In this document: one piece after another, positions 10,842-21,087 of the stretch
Layout: the number at the start of each line of letters is the position of its first letter
How positions within the stretch are numbered: position 1 is the first letter of the stretch
IMG/VR virus record: IMGVR_UViG_3300021138_000007
Coordinates: 48,112 to 112,111 of that record
From: a virus
Strand: one strand, 5' to 3'
Length of the DNA: 64,000 bases
Notes under the pieces: model-generated
Database searches by the model: none
Seen by the model: only the letters and a program-made list of their open reading frames with translations
What the model was told of the DNA's origin: nothing
Position numbers and translations under genes: made by a program

Positions 10842-11155
10842 TTATTATTTTCCTCCTGCAAAGAAAGCCAAACATTAGCCATTCGTTCTAATTCCTTTTC
10901 AGCGCCTGATATAAGTAAATAAGCCAATGCTTCGCCTTCTGATAAATTTTGAGCCGCACTGACCATTTTTTGTGCCATAGCTACTCTTCCAGCAAATGGG
11001 GCTAAAACAGTTAAACTTAATCCTATTTTATCAGGTGGTTGTAAAGATAGTTCGCGTAATTCTTCTGCTAATTTACCGACTTTATTATTGTCATTTTTGG
11101 ATTGTTGTGATTTAGAAGTTTTTTCTTTAACAACTACTGGTTTCGATTTCATCAT
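10838..11155 (-). CDS. hypothetical protein
   Basis: 105-aa ORF in a co-oriented operon. Confidence 0.55.
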   Translation of the reverse strand: MMKSKPVVVKEKTSKSQQSKNDNNKVGKLAEELRELSLQPPDKIGLSLTVLAPFAGRVAMAQKMVSAAQNLSEGEALAYLLISGAEKELERMANVWLSLQEENNN

Positions 11156-11840
11156 TTTTATGTTCCTCTTTATATCTTTTCAGATGTTCACGAATAGTTG
11201 TACCGATTTCTTTCCAAATTTTATTAAGTTCTTTATGATTTTCATTCATCATTGCATCGTCAATGCGAGAATAGATTTCATCAACAATTGCAATTTCTTC
11301 TGGATCATAATTAACTTTTCTTTCAAAATCTTTAAGTCTTTGCGCTGTTGAACGTAAATACTCTACTTCACTAATTGCACCTGGTAAATCAGTTTCTCCA
11401 CTTCTATATTTTAATTGTTCGTCAAACAAACTTTCTATTTGACGAACAATTCTTCCACGGTTTGCATCATCATCAAGATTTAATTCAAAGTTGGTGATTT
11501 CAGCAAGTTTAATAACTGCTTCAAAAAAAGATAATCCTTCTACAGCTCGAATGAAATTTAATATATTCCCCTTTTGACCACATCCAAAACAATTGTATCT
11601 TCCTTCTTCTGGATTAACTCCGAAAGAAGGAGTACTATCTCTATGATTTGGCATAGGGCAATTGCTAGAATACCAGCCATTTGAACCTGGCATAAGTAAT
11701 AAATCATATTCATTAACTAAAATATCAACAATGTTTGCTGATGCAAGTAATTCTTGAATTAAATGATCAGAAACTTGATTTAGTTTTTTACGATTTATTT
11801 TTTCTTCGCCTAAAATTTCTTTAACAGTTAATTTTTTCAT
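11127..11840 (-). CDS. stand-alone DnaG-type CHC2 zinc-binding domain protein
   Basis: CPMPNHRDSTPSFGVN...YNCFGCGQKGNILNFIRAVEGLSFFEAV. Confidence 0.88.
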   Translation of the reverse strand: MKKLTVKEILGEEKINRKKLNQVSDHLIQELLASANIVDILVNEYDLLLMPGSNGWYSSNCPMPNHRDSTPSFGVNPEEGRYNCFGCGQKGNILNFIRAVEGLSFFEAVIKLAEITNFELNLDDDANRGRIVRQIESLFDEQLKYRSGETDLPGAISEVEYLRSTAQRLKDFERKVNYDPEEIAIVDEIYSRIDDAMMNENHKELNKIWKEIGTTIREHLKRYKEEHKNDEIETSSC

Positions 11841-11843
11841 AAA

Positions 11844-13376
11844 TTATGTCCAATTATCTTCATCTATTTCATTGATTTCATCGTCGCTTGGTAAATGTAA
11901 TATCAAGTCGTCCATCGAAGTGTCTTCTTCCACAGTATTATGAACTTTTTTAACTCTGTTGTCACTTGAACTTGACGAAGTTGCTGATTCTCTGCGCAAA
12001 TGTTCTGGCTGATCTTCTTCTGGAATGGGATATATTCTATTATAAACTGGATCAACCCTTGCCGCGAAAGGATCAAACATCGCATCACGCATCTTAACAG
12101 GATGATAAATATTTCTACCAAACTGCTTGTCAGGTTCTACTCCAATTACAAAGTGAGCAAGGTGAATTAATCTTTGATCTCCAGATGCCGCATCTTGGAA
12201 AAATCCAGATGCTTTACCGTTTTCTTTACGTTGTCTGCTTTCTTTAATTGCTTCTCGGTTTACCTGTTGTGCAGTTAAGAACGGAATTTGATATCTTTTA
12301 GCTAACGCAAAAAGTTTTTCAACAGCATCGCCCTGTTTTTCCCAAGGTTTTGCGTCTCTTCTTGAAGTGCGTGTTGTCATATTCCCAATATAGTCAACAA
12401 CTACCATATCTGGCATGCCTTTAGTCGCAATTAATTCTTTAATTCTAGAATCAATATATTCAGGAGTTGGGTCTTCCATATTGACATCGTATTCAAAATA
12501 GGGAGAAGTATCATTACACATTTTCTCTATCATATTAATGATACGATAATCATCTTTGGGTGTTGATTTTAAATCACGATATGGAACTTCATACATTAAA
12601 GACAAATGTCTTAATAAACAAAGCCAAAGCGACATTTCAAATGAAAAATAAAGTATCTTTTTGCCATATACTTGATTGGCATACAATGCCCAGTTTAACA
12701 TTTGAATACTTTTACCACCAGAAGAAGGGGCCAAAAGAACAATAAGTTGCCCTGGCATCCAACCTAAAGTCACATCATCAATTTGGGGCAATCCGCAAGG
12801 AATACCTCTAAATTTATCTGGATGATTGGCTCTTTTCTCGAATTCCTCTTTAAAGTAAGGAGCGGCTTCAGAAATATCTAAACTCTGTTTGTCAACAATA
12901 AATTCGCTTTTCATATCTCGAATAGTTTCAAGACGTTCTTGGCACATTGATAAACACTCTTCTATACCTTTATCAATCAAATATTCATGAGCATCTTTGA
13001 ACATTTCATTCATTAATTTCATGCAATATCTATCTTTCAACTGTGTTATAATTTCATACAAATCATTTTCATCGACATCAATTTCTTCTAATTTTGCCCA
13101 AAGTGTGATATATTTACCACGACTTTTATCTTTAACTTGTTCTTCAATTAATCTGTTTTCTAAAACCAATTGAGTCATCAATGATCCGCCAGATTTCTCA
13201 TAATAATCTCGCAATAATCCAAATAATTTTGAATGATGACTAACTTTTGAACCCTCTTGAACAAATTGAAAATGGTCCGCTGTAATATTACAAGCAAGCA
13301 TTCTATCAACAGCTTTAGCGCTAGTTGTCAAATGTCGCAATGCAATTAGTTCTAATTCTTCTTGATCTAATTTCAT
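11844..13376 (-). CDS. dnaB: DnaB-like replicative helicase
   Basis: APSSGGKS (Walker A), FSFEMS, VVVDY, TAQQVNR. Confidence 0.9.
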   Translation of the reverse strand: MKLDQEELELIALRHLTTSAKAVDRMLACNITADHFQFVQEGSKVSHHSKLFGLLRDYYEKSGGSLMTQLVLENRLIEEQVKDKSRGKYITLWAKLEEIDVDENDLYEIITQLKDRYCMKLMNEMFKDAHEYLIDKGIEECLSMCQERLETIRDMKSEFIVDKQSLDISEAAPYFKEEFEKRANHPDKFRGIPCGLPQIDDVTLGWMPGQLIVLLAPSSGGKSIQMLNWALYANQVYGKKILYFSFEMSLWLCLLRHLSLMYEVPYRDLKSTPKDDYRIINMIEKMCNDTSPYFEYDVNMEDPTPEYIDSRIKELIATKGMPDMVVVDYIGNMTTRTSRRDAKPWEKQGDAVEKLFALAKRYQIPFLTAQQVNREAIKESRQRKENGKASGFFQDAASGDQRLIHLAHFVIGVEPDKQFGRNIYHPVKMRDAMFDPFAARVDPVYNRIYPIPEEDQPEHLRRESATSSSSSDNRVKKVHNTVEEDTSMDDLILHLPSDDEINEIDEDNWT

Positions 13377-13426
13377 ATTAATCCTCTACTCGGTTTGTTA
13401 ATTTTTAGCAGATAAACCGAGATTTT

Positions 13427-14212
13427 TTATTTTTTAGGTGTTGGTAATTCAATTCGGAATAATTCGTTATTGTAATAATTATCCCAAACTGGACCAGATT
13501 TCAGTTTGACATTATAATCTGAAGTAATAATCATAGGCTTATTTGCTTTCTCTCTCGCCGCGATTAATGAGTCTAACTGAAATAGGAAATGTTTTTGTTC
13601 TAATCCATAATCATGTAATCCATCAATAATGATTAAATCTAAATAAGTAAAATCTTCAATGAGACTTTTCTGTTCTTCTCTGCTATCAAAATTAATTAGA
13701 TTTCTAACAATATCAACATTCCAATCATAATATCTGACAGTCATGCCTAATTCAACGGCATGTTTCGCCACAATAGCGGCCAACATAGTTTTACCACTAT
13801 TATTGCCCCCAACGAGTAATAATGATCGTAACTTAATTCTAAAATTCAATTCATTATTGACTATTGTTAAAAATTCTCCATCAACAACTTTCTCAAGATT
13901 CTTGATGTAAAATTGCATAATCATTTTAACTTTTTTCTTTATGGGTTTTGATACGCCCAAATCGTCTCCAAAAGCATCTTGGTTTAAATTCCAATGTTCT
14001 TTGAGATTTAAGTGCCAAAATGATTTTGGTATAGATGCTTCTTCATAAGCGTGATATAATTCTTTTTTCTTTTGACATACACACGTATTTGCTTCTTTAT
14101 TGTCATTTAATAAATAACCTTTATCTTTGCAAATATCACATTTATGAAGGTTCTCAGAAGCATCAAACATTGAAATAAATTCCAATTCTTGTTCGGTTAA
14201 ATTTTCTTTCAT
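13427..14212 (-). CDS. DnaC/IstB-like helicase loader ATPase
   Basis: CDICKDKGY...CVC zinc site, GGNNSGKT, DLIIID, next to DnaB. Confidence 0.8.
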   Translation of the reverse strand: MKENLTEQELEFISMFDASENLHKCDICKDKGYLLNDNKEANTCVCQKKKELYHAYEEASIPKSFWHLNLKEHWNLNQDAFGDDLGVSKPIKKKVKMIMQFYIKNLEKVVDGEFLTIVNNELNFRIKLRSLLLVGGNNSGKTMLAAIVAKHAVELGMTVRYYDWNVDIVRNLINFDSREEQKSLIEDFTYLDLIIIDGLHDYGLEQKHFLFQLDSLIAAREKANKPMIITSDYNVKLKSGPVWDNYYNNELFRIELPTPKK

Positions 14213-15894
14213 AATTCTTCTTCGTCCTCAATTTTATCTATATTAGCCATAATTTGCTTCTTGTCTTTAGCTGTTTGCTGAATAATCGGCTCAATTATTC
14301 GCGGAATAGAAGCATTTCTCGCACGTTGCTCTGCCCAATTTCTAAGCTCATCAATATTTTCTTTCATCATCACAGCAATGGGTATTGTGGAAAGCAAAGC
14401 ATGCTCTATATCTATAGTGGTCAGATTACGCTTCGATTCACTAAAACTTTTATATAATGCTGAAACAATTGATGCTTCAATTTCAGCACCAGTATATCCC
14501 GAACTCTTTCTTGCCAAACGATGAACATCAAAATCTTCAGGATTCCGATTCATCTTTGATAAATGTATCCTAAAAATATCTTTACGATCTTCTTCCGAGG
14601 GCAAGTCAACAAAAAATATCTCATCAAACCTACCCTTTCTTAGTAATTCGGGTGGTAATTGTGAAACATTATTCGCAGTTGCCACAACATATACTGGAGA
14701 TGTTTTTTCTTGCATCCAGGTTAAGATAGTGGCAAAAACACGGGAAGTGGTGCCACCATCCGTTTGATTAGATGACGCTATGCCAGATAAAGCTTTATCA
14801 ATTTCGTCAGCCCATAAAATACAAGGAGCAATAGATTCTGCAACTTTAATAACTGAACGAATATTTTCTTCTGATTGCCCAACATAACTTCCTAAAACTT
14901 TACCCATATCTAATCGCAATAAAGGTAAATTATAAGCGGACGCTATCGCTTTTGCACACAGACTTTTGCCGCCACCCTGAATACCAATCATCAATAAACC
15001 TTTGGGATTTGCTGGTAATCCGTATTCAACTGCTTCTCGTGTAAATGCATCTTTGCGCTCATTAAGCCATTTTTTAAGCTCTTGTAAACCACCAACACTA
15101 TTTAAATCAGTATCAACATCAATCCACTCAATTACGCCACTTTTGCGAATAACATCACGTTTTTTAGAGGCAATTGTTTTTGGGTCCATGCATGGTTGCG
15201 TTAGCATCATATAAGTTGTAATATATTCAACCTCTGTGAGCGTTAAACCCAGAAATGCACGTATGATTTCATCCATTTCATAAGAATCATATTTTGTTTT
15301 AAAATTTGCCGCAAGCTCTTTATGTTTTTCAGCATGATTGAGCATATTGGAGATTTTATCCTCAATATGCTCTTTCTCAGGCAAAGGCCAATCAATAACA
15401 GACGCAATTTTTTCTAATTCTGGAGGAAGAAAAAGATTAGTGCCAAGAAATACAATCGTCTTATGTTGGCCTTTGTTTAATTCACAAAAATTTCTAATCT
15501 GCCTAATGATTGTATGTTCAATATTATTTGGATTTCCATAATATCCAATATACTTATGAAAGTCTTTTAAAACTAAAATTAAATAACTGCCATTAGATGA
15601 TGTTTTTTGTGTTTGAAACCAAGTTATAACATTTGCAGCATCATAAAAATCGTTTCCTAAATCAAAGCTTGGATCATCACAAGACAATCCCGTGGCAACA
15701 TCCCATTGAATAATAGTCCAATTTCTAGATTTACCTTGAGAATTTGGACGAATAGCAATCTCTTTCATAGTTTGAAGAATTCTTTCTTCTTCATGGCTGA
15801 TGATCGAAATTAAAGGTCTATTGGAACGAACTTGCCAATCAAATTCGCGCATCGCTTGGCGATGACGAGTTATCGTTTTATTTTCTGATGTCAT
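14209..15894 (-). CDS. AAA+ ATPase, Ycf46-like
   Basis: VGGL..LKKWL, GIQGGGKS, LWADEIDK, ATAN...LPPELLRKGRFDEIFFVDLP. Confidence 0.9.
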   Translation of the reverse strand: MTSENKTITRHRQAMREFDWQVRSNRPLISIISHEEERILQTMKEIAIRPNSQGKSRNWTIIQWDVATGLSCDDPSFDLGNDFYDAANVITWFQTQKTSSNGSYLILVLKDFHKYIGYYGNPNNIEHTIIRQIRNFCELNKGQHKTIVFLGTNLFLPPELEKIASVIDWPLPEKEHIEDKISNMLNHAEKHKELAANFKTKYDSYEMDEIIRAFLGLTLTEVEYITTYMMLTQPCMDPKTIASKKRDVIRKSGVIEWIDVDTDLNSVGGLQELKKWLNERKDAFTREAVEYGLPANPKGLLMIGIQGGGKSLCAKAIASAYNLPLLRLDMGKVLGSYVGQSEENIRSVIKVAESIAPCILWADEIDKALSGIASSNQTDGGTTSRVFATILTWMQEKTSPVYVVATANNVSQLPPELLRKGRFDEIFFVDLPSEEDRKDIFRIHLSKMNRNPEDFDVHRLARKSSGYTGAEIEASIVSALYKSFSESKRNLTTIDIEHALLSTIPIAVMMKENIDELRNWAEQRARNASIPRIIEPIIQQTAKDKKQIMANIDKIEDEEEL

Positions 15895-15910
15895 GTTTTA
15901 TTATCGTGCG

Positions 15911-16699
15911 TTATCTGCGTCTTTTTGGTGATTGTTTTTTCTTTAGTGGTGTGGTCGCCCCATAATCTGATAAACCATAATACCAATTCATAAAATCACT
16001 ACCTTTAGTTAAATCAATTTGAGAAGTTGCAGGATCAATAGATATGATTCTTTGTCCACCATAATATTTATTTCTAGCAGCGTCAGCATATTTTATGGCA
16101 TTAGCAAATTGATTTGCTAAATGAGCGCCATTATTAATGTTTTTTAGTATCCATTCATAATATTCATTGAGCGTTTTGCCATTGCCAACTTTTGATATTA
16201 AATATTCGGGTAAACTATTATAATCAATTATAACACCCGCTTGATCTGAGGATTCATTTTGATTAATTTGATTTTGCCATTTTTGCAAATTTTCCGATGT
16301 TTGTTTTTCAATTAATGCATCTTGATCGGTATTTACATATGAAGTTTTATCCTCAGTTAAAGGATAATCTTTAATGTTTTCCTGTCGATTACTGTTTAAA
16401 TAATCCCATAGTTGTTTATATGTTGAATTTTGATTGTTACCAAGCCATGTATATTGAGCAGCATAATCTTTGCTTAGCCGATTGATTGCATCCACAGGAG
16501 ACATATTAGAATAGCCCTGTGTATTATAAACATTAATAATATATTGCAATTGCTGATTTAAATCATTTGTCTGAATTTGTGTTTGATTATTAGAATTATT
16601 ATTAGGTACATTGGTATTTTCAGCAGGATATTGAGATGGCTGATTTTGAGTCATCTGTTGTGAAACTGGACCATATTGTTGTGAAAATTTATACCACAT
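15911..16699 (-). CDS. hypothetical Q/N-rich protein, MWY-leader family (start MWYKFSQQ)
   Basis: Internal ATG at 16699 removes the overlap with the upstream gene and lies 12 nt after the start of the AATA box of an AGGA-N19-AATA motif. Confidence 0.65.
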   Translation of the reverse strand: MWYKFSQQYGPVSQQMTQNQPSQYPAENTNVPNNNSNNQTQIQTNDLNQQLQYIINVYNTQGYSNMSPVDAINRLSKDYAAQYTWLGNNQNSTYKQLWDYLNSNRQENIKDYPLTEDKTSYVNTDQDALIEKQTSENLQKWQNQINQNESSDQAGVIIDYNSLPEYLISKVGNGKTLNEYYEWILKNINNGAHLANQFANAIKYADAARNKYYGGQRIISIDPATSQIDLTKGSDFMNWYYGLSDYGATTPLKKKQSPKRRR

Positions 16700-16734
16700 A
16701 TTTAATGTATTCCTCAATTTATATTGAATCTCCT

Positions 16735-17448
16735 TTAAATAGGAGTGAATTCTTCTATGAGCTGTTTGTATTGGGGACTCCAAACACGATCACGAAAAGA
16801 TAACATAACTTTGCGTAATTCAGACCAGCAATGCCAAAATTCTTTAGCATATTCCTTGCAAATTTCGCGTTCTTGTTCTACGGATTTATTTAAAGCGCTT
16901 TCATATTCATGGTATCTTGGGTTTCTTGAATTCCATATAGGAGCATTAGGCAAATCATATTGTTTCCAATGCTGCGTGAAATCATCATCTCTTACCATGC
17001 TATTAATAGCATTTTCGTCCAACTCTTTTAATCTTTGATCAATTTCTTGGATTTTATTAATGTATTTCTCAATATCAATATCCTTGTAAAACATATGTTC
17101 ATACAAATACATAAAAGTAGGCATACCTTTTTTAATTGATTGTAATCTTAGTATTTGGCAAGCAAAAGCTATGCCTTGATAATGATCTAATGCTTGCCCT
17201 TCATAATAATGAAAATCGCCCTCTGATCTGGGGTTATTAACGTCTATTTGAGTAATATTATCATCATAATCATCTGGTACAGGAGCGTTAACTTTAATGG
17301 CTTTAAAACCCCGAGATGATAAATCTAATTCTTTGCCAGTAGAAAGTGCGTCCATAATATCATGGACGGCATCATCTATTCTTACTTCTTTATTTAATTC
17401 GTTTAAATCATAAGAATCATTCGCAATTTTAATTACTCTATACCACAT
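16735..17448 (-). CDS. hypothetical protein, MWY-leader family (MWYRVIKIAN)
   Basis: ORF track; same upstream motif and spacing as the 16699 gene. Confidence 0.7.
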   Translation of the reverse strand: MWYRVIKIANDSYDLNELNKEVRIDDAVHDIMDALSTGKELDLSSRGFKAIKVNAPVPDDYDDNITQIDVNNPRSEGDFHYYEGQALDHYQGIAFACQILRLQSIKKGMPTFMYLYEHMFYKDIDIEKYINKIQEIDQRLKELDENAINSMVRDDDFTQHWKQYDLPNAPIWNSRNPRYHEYESALNKSVEQEREICKEYAKEFWHCWSELRKVMLSFRDRVWSPQYKQLIEEFTPI

Positions 17449-17483
17449 ATTTAATATATTGAATATGACAAAACAAAAATCCT

Positions 17484-18350
17484 TTAAGGGGATTTCAGTT
17501 TGTCATATTGTGAAAGAGATTTACCTTTATAATCTTCGTCTCTCCACCAATTTTCATGATGAAAACGAGAAACATAAGTTTCAAATCGGTTGCGCCAATC
17601 TAATAGCACAAAATCTTCTGGATACGGAGATAAAATGATCGATTTATTAATCATTTCAGTAAATCTTTGTCTTTCTACCGAATTTCCCTTTGACAAAGTG
17701 TCAAGAAATTTTTCAATACCCGCTACAATAGCTGGCTCTTTCATACCCTGCACATTTACAAAATACGAAGCAGCGACAGGAATACCAAATCGTAAGAAAA
17801 TTTCTTTTGCTTTACCTTCTTTATTGGCCTCTTCAATCTCTTTTAAGATATCTTCTTCGCAATAAGAACGATCAACTTCGTCTTTCTCAACTTTGGGCAA
17901 TACTACATCTTGATAAAAGTAATTAACATATCTATTAATGTCTTGAATCGTAAAATGACCTTCTTTTTTTATAATATCTGAACGTCTCTTAAATGACCAA
18001 TCTACAAATTTTTTGGTCCATTCTTTTTTCTCTAACCCTGTAGAAGTAAAAAACTTGAAAATTTCTTTAAAAGTTGTCATATCTGAACGATACATAACGC
18101 GATAATTGCCATTTGTTTCTTCTTGATATTTTTGAGCAAAATATTCCACAAACACTTTCGGCGTCCATTGCTTGATATTATCAGGGAATACCTTATTCCT
18201 GTCAGAAATAATCTCGCCCAAGGTGAGTTCGTTTTTCTTCTTTTTAAAAGGATTTGATAATTCTCCCTGTGCAGGAATGGATGTTTTCATTATGTTTTTA
18301 ATTATTGTTTTTGATTGATCTTCTTTAGTTTGTCTCATTTTCTTCTTCAA
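17484..18350 (-). CDS. hypothetical protein
   Basis: 288-aa ORF. Confidence 0.65.
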   Translation of the reverse strand: MKKKMRQTKEDQSKTIIKNIMKTSIPAQGELSNPFKKKKNELTLGEIISDRNKVFPDNIKQWTPKVFVEYFAQKYQEETNGNYRVMYRSDMTTFKEIFKFFTSTGLEKKEWTKKFVDWSFKRRSDIIKKEGHFTIQDINRYVNYFYQDVVLPKVEKDEVDRSYCEEDILKEIEEANKEGKAKEIFLRFGIPVAASYFVNVQGMKEPAIVAGIEKFLDTLSKGNSVERQRFTEMINKSIILSPYPEDFVLLDWRNRFETYVSRFHHENWWRDEDYKGKSLSQYDKLKSP

Positions 18351-19098
18351 TAGATTCTATGTCATACTCATAATCATAATCGACAATAGAATGTTCTTCC
18401 ATTTTATTCTTTAATTCTTCGTAAGTTATGTTTTCAACGTCAGCAATCCCATTCTCTTTTTTAACATAAATTATGTTATCAGCAATTTGCCCAAATACTT
18501 CAGCCTTATGTGTGGCGAAAATAATCTGTCTACCAGTTTCATCAGCTATGTATCTCAAAAATTGGGCAATTTTCTCCAATTTAGAGTCATTGCTGATACT
18601 CTTATATGCCTCATCTAAAAGCAATGGGCCTTCATAGCCTTGCCACTCCAAGGCGGCAATACGCAATGCGAATGAAACAGTTTCAATAACACCGCCACCA
18701 CGCTCACCAAATAAACCTGTTGCAAATTCTTTACCTTTAAAATCGCTTACAACCTGTATATCCATATTGAAACCAGTTGATTTACCAGCAGCGCGTTTTT
18801 CATCATAAGTATTGAATTTTAATTTATAATCTGAACCATAAACAATTTTCAAAGCACTTGTTCCCATTGATTCAATAGCATCAATGGCTTGTTTGCGGCG
18901 CTCAAAAATTTCTGATTGTAAAAAGTTTTTAGCCTTTTCGTTAAGAATTTGTTCTTCTTTATATTTGGACACTAAAGCTTTTTCTTCTTCCAGACTTTTT
19001 TCAAGCTGTTCTTTTGCACCCTGGCGTTTAGCTAATTGACTAGAACAATTAGCTAAATCATTTTTTATATTTTCCCAACTTGTTAATACTTCTGTCAT
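18325..19098 (-). CDS. SbcC/Rad50-like ATPase, C-terminal half
   Basis: Coiled coil, ABC signature-like GERGGG, Walker B LLLDEA, H-loop IFATH. Confidence 0.85.
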   Translation of the reverse strand: MTEVLTSWENIKNDLANCSSQLAKRQGAKEQLEKSLEEEKALVSKYKEEQILNEKAKNFLQSEIFERRKQAIDAIESMGTSALKIVYGSDYKLKFNTYDEKRAAGKSTGFNMDIQVVSDFKGKEFATGLFGERGGGVIETVSFALRIAALEWQGYEGPLLLDEAYKSISNDSKLEKIAQFLRYIADETGRQIIFATHKAEVFGQIADNIIYVKKENGIADVENITYEELKNKMEEHSIVDYDYEYDIESIEEENETN

Positions 19099-19106
19099 AA
19101 TCTCAC

Positions 19107-19844
19107 TTAAATTATTGCTTTTACTCTTTTAATATTTTGCATATTATGAAACATACAACCGAACTTAGATTTAGCTATAATGCACGATTTTTCGGTTTCA
19201 GGATCATAACCGCCAGTTAATACCCAATCTGATCTAATAGGCATAATTCCAGTGAGTTCTGATGATGGAATCGAATAAACCATTGTCTGCTTAATGCCAT
19301 TATTTAAAGGACATAAATTGTATTCTGTAAAACTATCGTTTAATTTATGATTTAAATATTTATTGCAAATAATTGATTTAGTCAAATCAGAAACTAAATG
19401 ATCTTTTAATTGTTTTTTATCTGAAATAACTGGACAATCAGCAATTGCAGAATCTAATCCAAAAGTTAAAATACGATTCTCGTATTTTAAAATTGCCTGA
19501 AACATATATTTGATTTGCTTATAAATTTGTTGTTCTTTCATTTCTGGATCAAAATCAAAGTTTCTTGTAATAATATGTTCTGGACAACCAACAGAAATAT
19601 TTGTATTACTTACAAAACCTTTGGCATATTTACTTCCTGGCTGCAACATTGATACTTTTCTGGACGAATCAAGACAATATACGGAATGAGCCAGAGGAGT
19701 AAGAAAATCAGTAGACAATAACTTTCTCAAATATGATTCCTTAAGCAATGGTTCCAACTCTTTATTTGCTTTTGATAAAGCTCGACTCATTTCCTCATCA
19801 AATTCAGGAAATACTGCCAGTGTCATATGACCTTGTATTCTCAT
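19107..19844 (-). CDS. hypothetical protein, possibly a degenerate HK97-fold capsid paralog
   Basis: ELTGIMPIRSD...YDP...FG...N pattern recalls a jumbo-phage capsid family; by-eye similarity only. Confidence 0.4.
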   Translation of the reverse strand: MRIQGHMTLAVFPEFDEEMSRALSKANKELEPLLKESYLRKLLSTDFLTPLAHSVYCLDSSRKVSMLQPGSKYAKGFVSNTNISVGCPEHIITRNFDFDPEMKEQQIYKQIKYMFQAILKYENRILTFGLDSAIADCPVISDKKQLKDHLVSDLTKSIICNKYLNHKLNDSFTEYNLCPLNNGIKQTMVYSIPSSELTGIMPIRSDWVLTGGYDPETEKSCIIAKSKFGCMFHNMQNIKRVKAII

Positions 19845-20107
19845 TACTTTCCTCCCATTAAAGATGCTAATCTTGGTTTTAATTTTTCCATTGATTCTTG
19901 CATTTCTAAAGCAATATCATTTATTTTTTGTTCCAATTCTTTAGGGACACAATCAAAATTGTCTTTGATTTCATTTGTTAATTCATCATATTGTGGTTTA
20001 AGCTCATTAAGTTGTTTTTCCAAAATGGTTACTTCTGTTTTAGCTTGATTTCTTAGTTCTTGTAATTTTTTAAAATCTTCTTGAATTTCTTCTAAATTTA
20101 TTTCCAT
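19844..20107 (-). CDS. short coiled-coil protein in the SbcCD cluster
   Basis: 87 aa, heptad-rich. Confidence 0.65.
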   Translation of the reverse strand: MEINLEEIQEDFKKLQELRNQAKTEVTILEKQLNELKPQYDELTNEIKDNFDCVPKELEQKINDIALEMQESMEKLKPRLASLMGGK

Positions 20108-20115
20108 GTGATCCT

Positions 20116-21087
20116 CTATTTGTTATCATTAACTTCTTTTAAAGCTGTAATAGCTTTATCAATAACTTTTGTATCAATTGATTTAATAGTTCCAGCTTTT
20201 CTTAGATTTTCATATTTGTCGCCAGTGCTATTAATTATGGCGATTTGAGACACCTGTTTCAAAAATTGTCTTTTATCTGTTTGAATGTCTTTTTTGTTTT
20301 GTATTTGACTTACTTTAAATATCTCTTTTGCTGGCAGGGCTGATTTTAATGCGATATATTTATAGTCAACTTTTGTTGCATCTAAATTATGATCCATTAA
20401 CAATACTTTAATGTCACGAGACATATTTTCTTTTGTAGCAGCATTTCTACCAACATTACCAGGATTAATAAACAATTTACCATCTTTGCGTTTTTGTTCC
20501 ATAGGCATATGCACATGACCAGCAATAACTACATTTGTTCCTTTGCCCAAAGGAACATCTTCAAACATGATAAATTTGCCAAATATTTTTTGTGTCACAA
20601 TACTTGCATGTGCTACCCAAATCGGATATTGCTTTTTTTGAAACAATCCTTTTGAAATATTTTCTTCTATATGAGGTTCAAAATGAGCGAACCCAATTCC
20701 ATATTGAGAAACAGCATCCACTTTTTCAAGATAACCAGCAATTAAAAGACTGCCTAAAGTTGACTCATGAAGCCTCTGAGGATCGTGTTTAATATCATGA
20801 TTGCCAACACAAACGTATTTATCGAACAACCACTTGTCGCCATTTGGTTGTTCTTTTAATACTTGCATAATTTTATTGCGGCAACTGCCTCCAACCTCAA
20901 TTCGGTTGAAAATATCACCCAGGAATACAATATAATCGCAATTATTATCTCTTGCAATTTCTAAACATTCAAGTAATTCCGCAACTGTGGCGTTTTCATA
21001 ATTATCATTTCTTGATGGCAAATTGGCAGAATCACAATGATTGTCCCCAATATATAAACCCCTAAACGTTTTTTTATTTAATGCCAC
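20116..21087 (-). CDS. sbcD: SbcD/Mre11-like metallophosphoesterase nuclease
   Basis: GDNH, LGDIF, GNHD, GHVH, NPG motifs. Confidence 0.88.
   Translation of the reverse strand: MALNKKTFRGLYIGDNHCDSANLPSRNDNYENATVAELLECLEIARDNNCDYIVFLGDIFNRIEVGGSCRNKIMQVLKEQPNGDKWLFDKYVCVGNHDIKHDPQRLHESTLGSLLIAGYLEKVDAVSQYGIGFAHFEPHIEENISKGLFQKKQYPIWVAHASIVTQKIFGKFIMFEDVPLGKGTNVVIAGHVHMPMEQKRKDGKLFINPGNVGRNAATKENMSRDIKVLLMDHNLDATKVDYKYIALKSALPAKEIFKVSQIQNKKDIQTDKRQFLKQVSQIAIINSTGDKYENLRKAGTIKSIDTKVIDKAITALKEVNDNK

Noticed and set aside
2010-20792. Plus-strand ORFs within the replication block
   Set aside because: Antisense to well-supported minus-strand genes and lacking motifs
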